Assembly: GCA_018400815.1 (NCBI GenBank) | Contig: JAGYLS010000021.1 | Location: 1 to 25,326 of the forward strand | DNA: 25,326 bases | Reading direction: 5' to 3' | Source: Candidatus Oleincola secundus | Lineage (GTDB): Bacteria; Atribacterota; Phoenicimicrobiia; Phoenicimicrobiales; Stramentimicrobiaceae | Shown: in pieces, positions 17,393-25,326 of the stretch | How positions within the stretch are numbered: position 1 is the stretch's first letter | Layout: every line of letters begins with the position of its first letter | Notes under the pieces: generated by a model | What the model was told of the DNA's origin: nothing | Seen by the model: the letters and a program-made list of their open reading frames with translations, nothing else | Databases searched by the model: none | Translations under genes and position numbers: made by a program

Positions 17393-18448
17393 ATGTTATT
17401 AACTTTACTTTTAATATTTATACTTGGATTTATAGGATATCGCGTTTTCGCCTTTTTACATATTCCCGGTGGCGCAGTTACTGGTGCCCTGGTAACTTTG
17501 GCTATAATTACCAGCCAGGGAGTGGAATGGGCAGAAATGCCAACTTATGTAACCACTTTTTTCCAGGTAATTATTGGAGTTATGATTGGTTGCCGATTTA
17601 AAAAGGAACAGCTTTCAACAATGAAATCGCTTTTACTTCCGGGAGTTTTGTCTTCTATCTGGATGATAGTTATCAGTCTGGGAGTAGGATATCTATTAAC
17701 AAAATTTACTAGAGTTGATCTTGGTACAGCTCTTTATGGTTCTGTTCCGGGAGGCTTATTTGAAATGGGCTTAATTGCTTTGACTTTTAATTTAAGTGTG
17801 CCGGTTGTAACCTTATTACAATTTGTCCGAATATTGTCAATTAGTATAAGCCTTCCTTTTATAGTTACAAAGTGTAATAATAACCTGGCAAAAGAGGAGA
17901 CAGAAAGTCAGTTTACAGCTGATATGAATAGTACTCAACAAAACAATAGTAAAACTGATTTTCCAAATATATTATTTGCCCTGTTTTTGGGTGGAATAGG
18001 TGGTTACACTGCAAATTATCTTGGGCTTCCGGTAGGAGGATTATTAGGAGCAATGATTGTCATCGGATTTCTAAAATCCGTTGGCGTACCTTTGAAAGAA
18101 CTTCCACAATGGTTAATTATCGGTACACAAATTGTCCTGGGTGGATATCTCGGTACCACTTTTACCCCGGAAATGGTTTCTACACTCCAGTCTTTGTTAA
18201 TACCGGTCGTATTCTTTTCTATCTTTGTGGTGTTAAACGGAATACTTGTGGGATTTTTATTTTATTGGTTTCTAAAGTGGGACCTTGCTACCTCATTACT
18301 GGCAACCGCAGCAGGCGGAGTTACCTTAATGACTCTAACTGCAATGGAAGTCAATGCAGACCCGGTTAGAGTGAGTATACTTCATTCGTTAAGGTTAGCA
18401 ATTATTCTTTTAACCATGCCTACCTTAATAGCTTTTATAATTGGATAA
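17393..18448 (+). CDS. Membrane AbrB-family protein (E. coli AidB-regulator / putative ammonia monooxygenase type), internally duplicated
   Basis: Two hydrophobic halves with IPGG/LPVG, QVIIG/QIVLG, PGG..EM/AGG..LM and QFVR/HSLR. Confidence 0.82.
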   Translation: MLLTLLLIFILGFIGYRVFAFLHIPGGAVTGALVTLAIITSQGVEWAEMPTYVTTFFQVIIGVMIGCRFKKEQLSTMKSLLLPGVLSSIWMIVISLGVGYLLTKFTRVDLGTALYGSVPGGLFEMGLIALTFNLSVPVVTLLQFVRILSISISLPFIVTKCNNNLAKEETESQFTADMNSTQQNNSKTDFPNILFALFLGGIGGYTANYLGLPVGGLLGAMIVIGFLKSVGVPLKELPQWLIIGTQIVLGGYLGTTFTPEMVSTLQSLLIPVVFFSIFVVLNGILVGFLFYWFLKWDLATSLLATAAGGVTLMTLTAMEVNADPVRVSILHSLRLAIILLTMPTLIAFIIG

Positions 18449-18528
18449 AAAATAAGTATAATGTATACTGTATTACGTATATCGTTAATATTGATAGAAT
18501 AAATCAAAGCAGAATAGTATTCATTTTT

Positions 18529-18566
18529 GTCATTGCGAGGAACGAAGTGACGAAGCAATCTCATCC
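18529..18566 (+). repeat. GTCATTGCG...GCAATCTC REP-like element
   Basis: Related copies at 8932-8969 (inverted), 23490-23527 and 25045-25082. Confidence 0.85.
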
Positions 18567-18609
18567 ACCTACACCCACAGTATTTTACTAAAAACTAAAA
18601 ACTTTTTAT

Positions 18610-18849
18610 CCCCCCTCACCCTAACCCTCTCCCACCGAGGGGAGAGGGAAATTTCAAATATCCTCCAAGGGGAGAGGAGTATGAGGAGAAGATAGTGTCC
18701 TCCCCATTAATGGAAAGATTGACTTTTCTTCTATTTTTCCCCTTTTGAGTGAAGGATTAACTATTCTTTAATCTCCTCACCCTTGAGGGGAGTTTAATTC
18801 TTTTATCATTTCCTCCCCCTTGATGGGGGAGGATGAAGGTGGGGGTGAA
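18610..18849. repeat. Cluster of purine/pyrimidine-skewed BoxC-like palindromes
   Basis: CCCCTCACCCTAACCCTCTCCC..GGGGAGAGGG (18610-18677, matches 23369-23437). TTTCCTCCCCCTTGA.GGGGGAGGA..AAGGTGGGGGTGAA (18808-18849, matches 23322-23363). Degenerate units lie between. Confidence 0.85.
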
Positions 18850-18883
18850 GGAAGTATGAGGAGAACTGAAAACTTTACTTATT

Positions 18884-18930
18884 TTGACTTCTCTTGGCAT
18901 TAGAGTATAATAAGTTAACACTAATGTTAA
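18884..18930 (+). promoter_or_regulatory. Promoter and inverted-repeat operator of the AbiE-like operon
   Basis: TTGACT, 16 bp, TATAAT (18906-18911). TTAACA-N4-TGTTAA at 18915-18930. Confidence 0.55.
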
Positions 18931-18971
18931 TATTCTGTACTTAACAAATAATACATTGTAAGAAGTTTCTT

Positions 18972-19556
18972 ATGAGATACAACGATTTGAAGAGAATCAA
19001 AAAAAAATATTTCAACTACCAGGATATAGCTAGAGTCCTTTCCATATCCGAAGCCTCGGCGAGGGTAATAGCAAGCAGATATGTTAAGAAAAATTATCTA
19101 ATTCGTTTGAAAAATAATTATTACATTTTCAAAGAAAGATGGAACAATTTAAGATACATAGAAAAAATGGAAATTGCAAATATTATTCAGGTCCCATCCT
19201 ATATTTCTCTTATGACAGCCTTATCCTATTATGAAATTACTACTCAGGTCCAGAAAAACTATTTTGAATCAATTTCTATATATAGAACTTTTAACAAAGA
19301 TGTAAATGACACCACTTTTAACTATAGTAAAATTCAACAGCTATACTATTTTGGTTTCAATAAAGAAAAGGGCATATTCATTGCCTCAACAGAAAAAGCA
19401 TTTATTGATGCTCTCTATTTGACTTATCGAGGGAAATATAATTTAGATATTAGTTCAATCGATTTAAAAAAAATAGATCAAAATAAAATTGATAAACTTT
19501 TACGGATTTACTCGGATAAATTTACGAATTATGTCAATAGGATATTAAATGATTGA
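18972..19556 (+). CDS. AbiEi-family type IV antitoxin / transcriptional regulator
   Basis: N-terminal wHTH (LIRLKNNYY), PSYISLMTALSYY, IASTEKAFIDALY. Confidence 0.85.
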   Translation: MRYNDLKRIKKKYFNYQDIARVLSISEASARVIASRYVKKNYLIRLKNNYYIFKERWNNLRYIEKMEIANIIQVPSYISLMTALSYYEITTQVQKNYFESISIYRTFNKDVNDTTFNYSKIQQLYYFGFNKEKGIFIASTEKAFIDALYLTYRGKYNLDISSIDLKKIDQNKIDKLLRIYSDKFTNYVNRILND

Positions 19557-20217
19557 TTTAGGACAACAGGAACTTTTTGAAATAGAAGTACTCGTATGGT
19601 TAAAAAATAAGAGATTTCTTAAAAATCTTATCTTTGGTGGTGGAACCATGATGAGGTTATGTCATAATCTGAATAGATATTCCATTGATTTGGATTTCTG
19701 GTTGTACAATGTTCAAGAGATAGATAAATTCTATAATAATATTAAAGATAGTTTGTTTCAAGAATACACAATAACAGATACCCAAAACAAATACCATACC
19801 TTATTATTTGAAATCAAAAAAACACCTTATCCCCGAAAATTAAAAATCGAAATAAGGAAAGAAATGGAAAAAGCAGATTTCCAGGAGAAAATAGCCTATT
19901 CAAAGCAAGGGAATATGCAGGTGCTTGTTAAAGGATTTACATTAGAGCAGATGATGCAAAACAAAACTAAAGCATTATTAGATAGGAAAGAAATCAGAGA
20001 TGCCTTTGATATTGAATTTTTGGTAAGAAGCGGAATTGAATTATCTGCTGATATGGAAAAAATTAAGAAAATGGAAAAAATTGTCAGAAATTTTAAAAAA
20101 AGAGATTATTATGTTACTCTAGGTTCATTATTAGAATCGAAAACTCGAGGTTATTATAAGCAAAATGGATTTTCTTATTTAATACAGATGCTCAATCAAA
20201 AACTATCTTATAAGTGA
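19549..20217 (+). CDS. AbiEii-family nucleotidyltransferase toxin
   Basis: FGGGTMMRL, RYSIDLDF, KIEI and K..AL..R...RDAFDI motifs. Confidence 0.88.
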   Translation: MIDLGQQELFEIEVLVWLKNKRFLKNLIFGGGTMMRLCHNLNRYSIDLDFWLYNVQEIDKFYNNIKDSLFQEYTITDTQNKYHTLLFEIKKTPYPRKLKIEIRKEMEKADFQEKIAYSKQGNMQVLVKGFTLEQMMQNKTKALLDRKEIRDAFDIEFLVRSGIELSADMEKIKKMEKIVRNFKKRDYYVTLGSLLESKTRGYYKQNGFSYLIQMLNQKLSYK

Positions 20218-20514
20218 TAGTATTGGTTAATTAGTTCCGCTAGTTAATTTGTTAATTTGTTACAAATACTAAAGAAGTATCTTGAAAATTTATTTAACCA
20301 TAAAAAGATTAAGATAAGCTAGAGGACAATTTTTCACCTGAAGTCCAAAGTATGAAGTTATATTACTTAGAAATATTATAGCTAAGGTATAAATAAAAAA
20401 TCGAAAGAAAAAGAGCTAAAAATTGGTAAAAAGTTAAACCTCTTTTAGAGGTTCTTAAAGCCACCCGCTATGCGGGTGCGATATTTATTGTATTTTATTG
20501 CAAATAAACTCTTC

Positions 20515-20780
20515 TAATTATTTGATCAATTGGACAATTGGTTAATTGATTTGATTGTTAACCAATAGACCGGTAGATTGGTCAACTTTATTTTTTTTAC
20601 ATTTTACGCAATACGCAATATGATATACTAATCATATCTTAAATTTATATGGTATACACTATACGATTTCGACTCTATATTGGTTGCTGTTTTGATTGGT
20701 GATTGGAGATTAGTGATTGGGGATTGTCTTTAGGCTCGATACTATATACTCGATACTATTTTTACGTTATTACGTTATAA
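20515..20780 (-). repeat. Module spacer in inverted orientation
   Basis: Reverse complements of the AATTAAC/TTACCAAT, CCGGTCT, CAATCAC (TGATTGG run 20692-20727), AGTATCG (CTCGATACT 20736-20759) and ATAACGT modules. Confidence 0.82.
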
Positions 20781-20813
20781 AAGTATATTATATCTTTTAA
20801 TAGGGGTATTTCA

Positions 20814-21578
20814 ATGATTGAAATAATTACAGGAATTATAATCTTTGTAATTGGGCTGGTAATCGGCAGTTTTAGCAATGTCTGCATTTACCGAATTCCC
20901 CGTAATGAATCAATCATACACCCGGGCTCACATTGCCCGCAATGCTCTAAGCCTATCCCATTTTATGACAATATTCCCGTAATCAGTTATATTCTCTTAA
21001 AAGGCAAATGCCGCTATTGCGGTCAACCGATACCGCTTCAATATCCAATAGTGGAGCTGGCAACAGGCCTGTTTTATCTTGCCTTGTATTTATTTTATGG
21101 GTTACAGCTAATTGCTTTCGTATACATGTTATTTTGCACCCTGTTAATAATTATCAGCTTCATTGACCTGAAAGAAAGAATTATTCCTGATGTTTTATCA
21201 TTACCCTTTATGGCTATTGGTTTTATATTAAGTTTCTTCATGAAGAGCCTTTCACCTATAGATTCCTTGCTTGGCATCCTGGCAGGTGGTGGCAGTTTGC
21301 TGATAATAGCAATTGCTGGTACTTATTTATTTAAAAAAGAGGCAATGGGAGGAGGGGATATAAAGCTGGGGGCCATGATTGGTGCCTTTCTCGGTTGGCA
21401 ATTAACCCTGCTTTCCCTGTTTCTTGGTTTCTTTCTGGGCTCTATTATCGGTGTTATTGTATTAATCATAAATAAAGGAAAAACTGACATTGTTCCTTTT
21501 GGCCCTTTTATTGCCCTTGGTGCTATACTCTCTATATTCTGGGGACAAGCCATTATCCACTGGTATCTGATGATTTGA
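20814..21578 (+). CDS. pilD: Prepilin peptidase / N-methyltransferase (A24 family)
   Basis: GSFSNVCIYRIP, SHCPQC, GKCRYC, IDLKERIIPD, MGGGDIKL and VPFGPFI motifs. Confidence 0.95.
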   Translation: MIEIITGIIIFVIGLVIGSFSNVCIYRIPRNESIIHPGSHCPQCSKPIPFYDNIPVISYILLKGKCRYCGQPIPLQYPIVELATGLFYLALYLFYGLQLIAFVYMLFCTLLIIISFIDLKERIIPDVLSLPFMAIGFILSFFMKSLSPIDSLLGILAGGGSLLIIAIAGTYLFKKEAMGGGDIKLGAMIGAFLGWQLTLLSLFLGFFLGSIIGVIVLIINKGKTDIVPFGPFIALGAILSIFWGQAIIHWYLMI

Positions 21579-21876
21579 TCTTCGAAGGTATAATTGATAG
21601 CAAGCCGTTTTCAGTTTCCGGTTTTTAGTTTACAGTTTTAATTCAATTAATGCATTTTCTAAAAAATTATTGACATATTAATAGATCCAATAATTTAGAA
21701 CCTGACAAAACAGAGAATTATAAAATATTATTTTCTTGCTACTTGTACCCTACATTTTTTATTTTATGTTATGCGCTTTATACAAATCCTAATCTTTTTA
21801 ATTATTGTAAAATAAAGTATAATTAATTTATAATATTGAATCGATAAGCAATATCTCTTAGAAGGACTTAATAATT

Positions 21877-22092
21877 ATGAAATTTATGGTTATATTAGAA
21901 CCTGCCGAAGAAGGGGGCTATAACGTTTCTGTACCTGCTCTTGATGGTTGCTTTACACAAGGGATGGATGAAAAAGAAGCCTTAAAAAATGTAAAAGAAG
22001 CAATTAAATGTTATCTGGAAGGCATGGAAAAAATCAATGAAATAAAGACAAAACCTGGATTTATTGCAAAAGAAGTAAAGGTTTCTTTATGA
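21877..22092 (+). CDS. hicB: HicB-family antitoxin (short form)
   Basis: [23 protein letters not shown]...[15 protein letters not shown]. Confidence 0.9.
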   Translation: MKFMVILEPAEEGGYNVSVPALDGCFTQGMDEKEALKNVKEAIKCYLEGMEKINEIKTKPGFIAKEVKVSL

Positions 22093-22306
22093 GTAAAGTT
22101 TTTTCAGGTCGAGAGCTAGTAAAAGCTCTTCATCGTACTGGTTTTATCATAGACCATCAAAGAGGTAGTCATATTTTTTTACATAATCCTGAAAAAATAT
22201 CTCTTTAATTGTTCCTACTAATCATAAAGAAATAAGAAAAGGTACTTTAAATTCAATTATTAAAAAGGCAGGAATTACTTTTAAACAGTTAAAAAAATTA
22301 GTATAG
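22089..22306 (+). pseudogene. hicA: HicA toxin with a 1-bp frameshift in an A6 tract
   Basis: [36 protein letters not shown], then stop at 22206-22208. Adding one A at 22192-22197 restores [36 protein letters not shown]. Confidence 0.88.
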
Positions 22307-22446
22307 AGTAGTGAATATCAAGTTGGTATTTTTAGTTAAAATTTCATTTTGATTTATTAAACACTATTAATTATAATCAAAACTATTAAAAAGAAATACA
22401 AATTATATTAACTAATACAACTAGAATATTTTATAAGGGAGGAACT

Positions 22447-22650
22447 ATATTCAATAGAATATATAAAGTTAATGTAACTATCGAAAAAGATGAATATGGT
22501 TATTTTGCTTATTGCCCGGCATTAGAAGGCTGCCAAACACAGGGTGATACCTTCGAAGAAGCATTAAGCAATATAAAAGAGGCTATAGCTGAAGAAGCCT
22601 TGAACATAAATAAAGCCAAAGAATATTATAATACCTTAAAAAAAAATTAA
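22447..22650 (+). pseudogene. hicB: HicB remnant with ATA in place of the start codon and a foreign C-terminus
   Basis: GGGAGG RBS, then IFNRIYKVNVTIEKDEYGYFAYCPALEGCQTQGDTFEEALSNIKEAI, continuing AEEALNINKAKEYYNTLKKN*. Confidence 0.75.
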
Positions 22651-22651
22651 T

Positions 22652-22753
22652 ATTATAGATTGCTTTTATAAAAAAACATTCTTAAAAGATTTAGCAAGCA
22701 TTCTGGAAATTTATCAAAAAAGAATTAAAATGTTTGTTTTTAAAAAATTATAA
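22652..22753 (+). pseudogene. RelE/ParE toxin N-terminal remnant
   Basis: IIDCFYKKTFLKDLASILEIYQKRIKMFVFKKL*. No start codon; truncated. Confidence 0.55.
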
Positions 22754-22784
22754 TAAATTCTTTGCAAGCAAAAGGAGATTTAAT

Positions 22785-23006
22785 ATGAGATTTCAAGTTA
22801 TTTTTACTTATGATCCCGAATATAGAGGATATGTAGCTGATGTACCTGAATTACCAGGTTGTATGAGTCAAGGAAAAACAATAGATGAGGCGGTCAAAAA
22901 CATAAAGGATGCAATAAAAGGTTATCTTTATGTGCAAAAAAAACATAATCGAAAAATTAAGGATATCGAAAGTGAAAGCGCCTTTATTGGTGAGGTAACT
23001 GTTTAA
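22785..23006 (+). CDS. hicB: HicB-family antitoxin (short form)
   Basis: AAGGAG RBS. GYVADVPELPGCMSQGKTIDEAVKNIKDAIKGYL. Confidence 0.9.
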   Translation: MRFQVIFTYDPEYRGYVADVPELPGCMSQGKTIDEAVKNIKDAIKGYLYVQKKHNRKIKDIESESAFIGEVTV

Positions 23007-23224
23007 TGGGTATTTTGTCTAATATATCAGGCAAGAAGGCTACTAAAATTTTTTGTAAAATTGGATATTTTGTGGATCACCACACTGGAAGTCACATGAT
23101 TTTATATCATGATTCAAGGCCAACACTATCTATACCGGAGCATAAGGAATTGGCTCCAGGATTATTACGTGGGTTAATTAGAAGAGCTGGTATAGAAGTC
23201 GAAGAATTTCTAAAGATAAAATAA
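23006..23224 (+). CDS. hicA: HicA-family toxin
   Basis: GYFVDHHTGSHMIL...LSIPEHKELAPGLLRGLIRRAG. Confidence 0.9.
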   Translation: MGILSNISGKKATKIFCKIGYFVDHHTGSHMILYHDSRPTLSIPEHKELAPGLLRGLIRRAGIEVEEFLKIK

Positions 23225-23285
23225 AAGAGATTTGGACAAAATACTTACAATATCTATTACAACTAAAGGATTAGCTCTTCTTTTG

Positions 23286-23601
23286 TTTCCTCCCCATGAG
23301 GGAAGGACTAAATCCCCTCTAATTTCCTCCCCCTTGAGGGGGGAGGACTAAGGTGGGGGTGAAATTGTCCCCCTCACCCTGACCCTCTCCCTCCAAGGGG
23401 AGAGGGAAATTTTCAAATATCCTCCGAGGGGAGAGGGAAGTACAAGAAAAGATGGAATTATAGGATTAGATATAAGGTTACCTCTGTTCGTCATTGCGCG
23501 GAGCAAAGCGACAAAGCAATCTCATACACTTATAAAATAGTCGTTAGTCGTTGGTATTTACTATTTAGTTCAAAGTGCAATATAATTTTTGAACGTAAAT
23601 T
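23286..23601. repeat. BoxC-like palindrome cluster plus block E copy 2
   Basis: 23322-23363 and 23369-23437 match the 18.6-18.85 kb units in swapped order. 23490-23601 is the inverted copy of 8858-8969. Confidence 0.88.
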
Positions 23602-23709
23602 TTATAAGACTCCTGGAGAGAGTGAATGATTAACAGTTTTTACTTTTAATTAGCAAATAGTATTTACTTGAAACATGTATTAAACAATTTGAAACTATTC
23701 GTATTCTTA

Positions 23710-23738
23710 TTGACATCCACGATATCTAATGCTATCAT
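23710..23738 (+). promoter_or_regulatory. Sigma70-type promoter
   Basis: TTGACA, 17 bp, TATCAT with TGn extension. Confidence 0.65.
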
Positions 23739-23759
23739 TTGCTAACAGAGGTGATGATA

Positions 23760-23999
23760 ATGAATAAAATATCTTTAGGCTCAAGAATTCCGGAAGATGT
23801 CATAAATGATTTGAGAAAATATTGCAAATCAAAAGGAATTGTTATCAATCATTTTGTAACAGAAGCTATAAAAGAGAAATTAAATAAAATAAAAGAAGAT
23901 GAAGAAGATATCCGGACTGTGGAGATAAGGAGAAGAGAATCTTCTATAAGTGAAGAAGAGTGGAATGAATATCTAAAAAACAGAGGAATGAGTGTATAA
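23760..23999 (+). CDS. RHH-type antitoxin (RelB-like)
   Basis: SRIPEDV..DLRKYC...INHFVTEAIKEKL, then acidic EDEEDI. GAGGTG RBS. Confidence 0.8.
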   Translation: MNKISLGSRIPEDVINDLRKYCKSKGIVINHFVTEAIKEKLNKIKEDEEDIRTVEIRRRESSISEEEWNEYLKNRGMSV

Positions 24000-24249
24000 A
24001 CTATTCTACAAATCAAGCATTAAAAAAGATGTTAGAGATATTCCAAATAATGAATTGCAAAGAATTACGGAAGATATAAAATATTTAAAAACTGATCCAT
24101 TACCGATTGGAGTTAAAAAAATAAAAAAGGGAAAAATATCATTTTTTAGAATACGACAGGGAAATTATCGGATTGGATATCAGGTTAACTTCTCTAAGAA
24201 TGAAATTGAAATCTTATTTATTAAAAGAAGAAATGAAGAAACTTATTAA
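23992..24249 (+). CDS. RelE/ParE-family toxin
   Basis: YKLFYKSSIKKD...DPLPIGVKKI...FRIRQGNYRIGYQV...IKRRNEETY. Confidence 0.88.
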   Translation: MYKLFYKSSIKKDVRDIPNNELQRITEDIKYLKTDPLPIGVKKIKKGKISFFRIRQGNYRIGYQVNFSKNEIEILFIKRRNEETY

Positions 24250-24427
24250 TATTTTTACTCAGTACTTATCACTGTATATTGGACTCGATACTCGATACTA
24301 ATCTTAACATTATACGCAATACGCACGACGCAATACGATTTCGAATACTTTTCTTGCTAAAAAATGTTATAATAGGGAATAATAAAATCAAAGGCAATAA
24401 TAAAAAAGTAAAAAGATATACAATTAA

Positions 24428-24898
24428 ATGAAGTATTGTTATAATAGCATCAAACGCAGTAATGGATTCACCCTCATTGAACTATTGGTTGTAATAGGAA
24501 TCATATCAATACTGTTAGTTTTATCCTTTAAAGGTCTTTTAAATATGAAACAGAACATGGACCTGAATCGGGTAGCCCACCAATTGGAAGCAACACTTAA
24601 AAATTGTCAATCCAAAGCCATGTACACCGGTAGCTATTATAAAATAGAATTCCATCAGAACCTTAACCGTTACAGGATTTTTAAAGACTTTGAGATTGAT
24701 AGGACTATTCAATTAGAAAATATTATTATACATGATGTAAACTTTACAGATAATAGAGTGGGTTTCAATAAGAAGGGTACTCCAACGATGGGTGGTACGG
24801 TAACCTTGAAAACCAAAAATGGCAAAAAGCTATACGTAATCATGACACCGGTAACAGCCCGAACCCGGATAAGTGACAAGCCACCGGAGAATTGGTAG
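24428..24898 (+). CDS. Type IV pilin-like protein (GspH/FimT/ComGD-like minor pilin)
   Basis: Class III signal NG|FTLIELLVVIGII, with C-terminal FNKKGTP..GGTVTL...TARTRI. Confidence 0.88.
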   Translation: MKYCYNSIKRSNGFTLIELLVVIGIISILLVLSFKGLLNMKQNMDLNRVAHQLEATLKNCQSKAMYTGSYYKIEFHQNLNRYRIFKDFEIDRTIQLENIIIHDVNFTDNRVGFNKKGTPTMGGTVTLKTKNGKKLYVIMTPVTARTRISDKPPENW

Positions 24899-25044
24899 GT
24901 TTTGCATAGTAAAACCAGTATCGAGTACCGAGCAAGTAGTATCGAGTTTAATACAAAAATGAAAAGGCAAAAGAATTCTTTAAAAATTTTATTTCTTTTT
25001 ATGATTTTACGCGATACGCGATACACAATACGCACGACTAATTC

Positions 25045-25082
25045 GTCATTACGAGGAGCATAGCGACGAAGTAATCTCATAC
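25045..25082 (+). repeat. GTCATT(A)CG...G(T)AATCTC REP-like element
   Basis: Variant of 18529-18566 with a paired ATTGC/GCAAT to ATTAC/GTAAT change. Confidence 0.82.
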
Positions 25083-25120
25083 AAATATACTAAAATTATT
25101 AAGAATTAGGTAAAATAATT

Positions 25121-25326
25121 ATGAAATATAGAATATTAATTGAACAAGATGAAGATGGCATTTTTGTTGCTGAATGTCCTTCCTTGCCCGGATGTATTTC
25201 TCAGGGAAAAACAAGAGAAGAAGTGTTAGAAAATATTCAAGATGCTATTAAAGGATATTTAGAAAGTTTAGAAAAACATAATGAACTAATACCACTTTCA
25301 ATTGAAGAAGAGATTGTGGAAGTTAT
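25121..25326 (+). CDS. hicB: HicB-family antitoxin (runs off window end)
   Basis: MKYRILIEQDEDGIFVAECPSLPGCISQGKTREEVLENIQDAIKGYLESLEKH; not in the ORF track because there is no stop in the window. Confidence 0.88.
   Translation, partial: MKYRILIEQDEDGIFVAECPSLPGCISQGKTREEVLENIQDAIKGYLESLEKHNELIPLSIEEEIVEV

Noticed and set aside
17393..18448. AbrB as another TA antitoxin
   Set aside because: This is the unrelated polytopic membrane AbrB family, not the AbrB/MazE DNA-binding fold.
18382..18564. ORFs starting MRLLRHFVPRND and MRLLRRYAPRND (24709-25080)
   Set aside because: The shared N-terminus is just the reverse strand of the REP-like element, and the rest overlaps real genes antisense.

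Overview
AT-rich bacterial window. Taxon cannot be fixed from the sequence. An Omp85-type barrel gene and a pilin/prepilin peptidase pair suggest a diderm organism, and the style is compatible with Atribacterota-like genomes (inference only). About 15 toxin-antitoxin (TA) loci or remnants lie in two clusters (1-8.9 kb and 18.9-25.3 kb): AbrB-MazF, RHH-MazF, MNT-HEPN, five HicB(A), several RelE-like pairs and AbiEi/AbiEii. Between them is a housekeeping/envelope core (geranylgeranyl-reductase-like flavoprotein, long-form RmlA, peptidase-PD40-Omp85 protein, amidohydrolase, WecA/TagO, membrane AbrB). CysQ, PilD and a pilin-like gene sit inside the TA clusters. The most unusual feature is the intergenic DNA. 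It is built from a small vocabulary of imperfect 7- and 8-bp tandem-repeat modules strung in variable order. Larger 55-117 bp blocks recur as near-identical direct repeats that bracket individual genes or TA pairs, including cysQ. This looks like an integrase-free, cassette-like array. Several REP-like palindrome families also occur, one of them in-frame inside the Omp85 gene. Five toxin genes are broken, by a 56-bp templated replacement, deletion, truncation or homopolymer frameshift. No rRNA, tRNA, CRISPR array, integrase or transposase gene was recognised.
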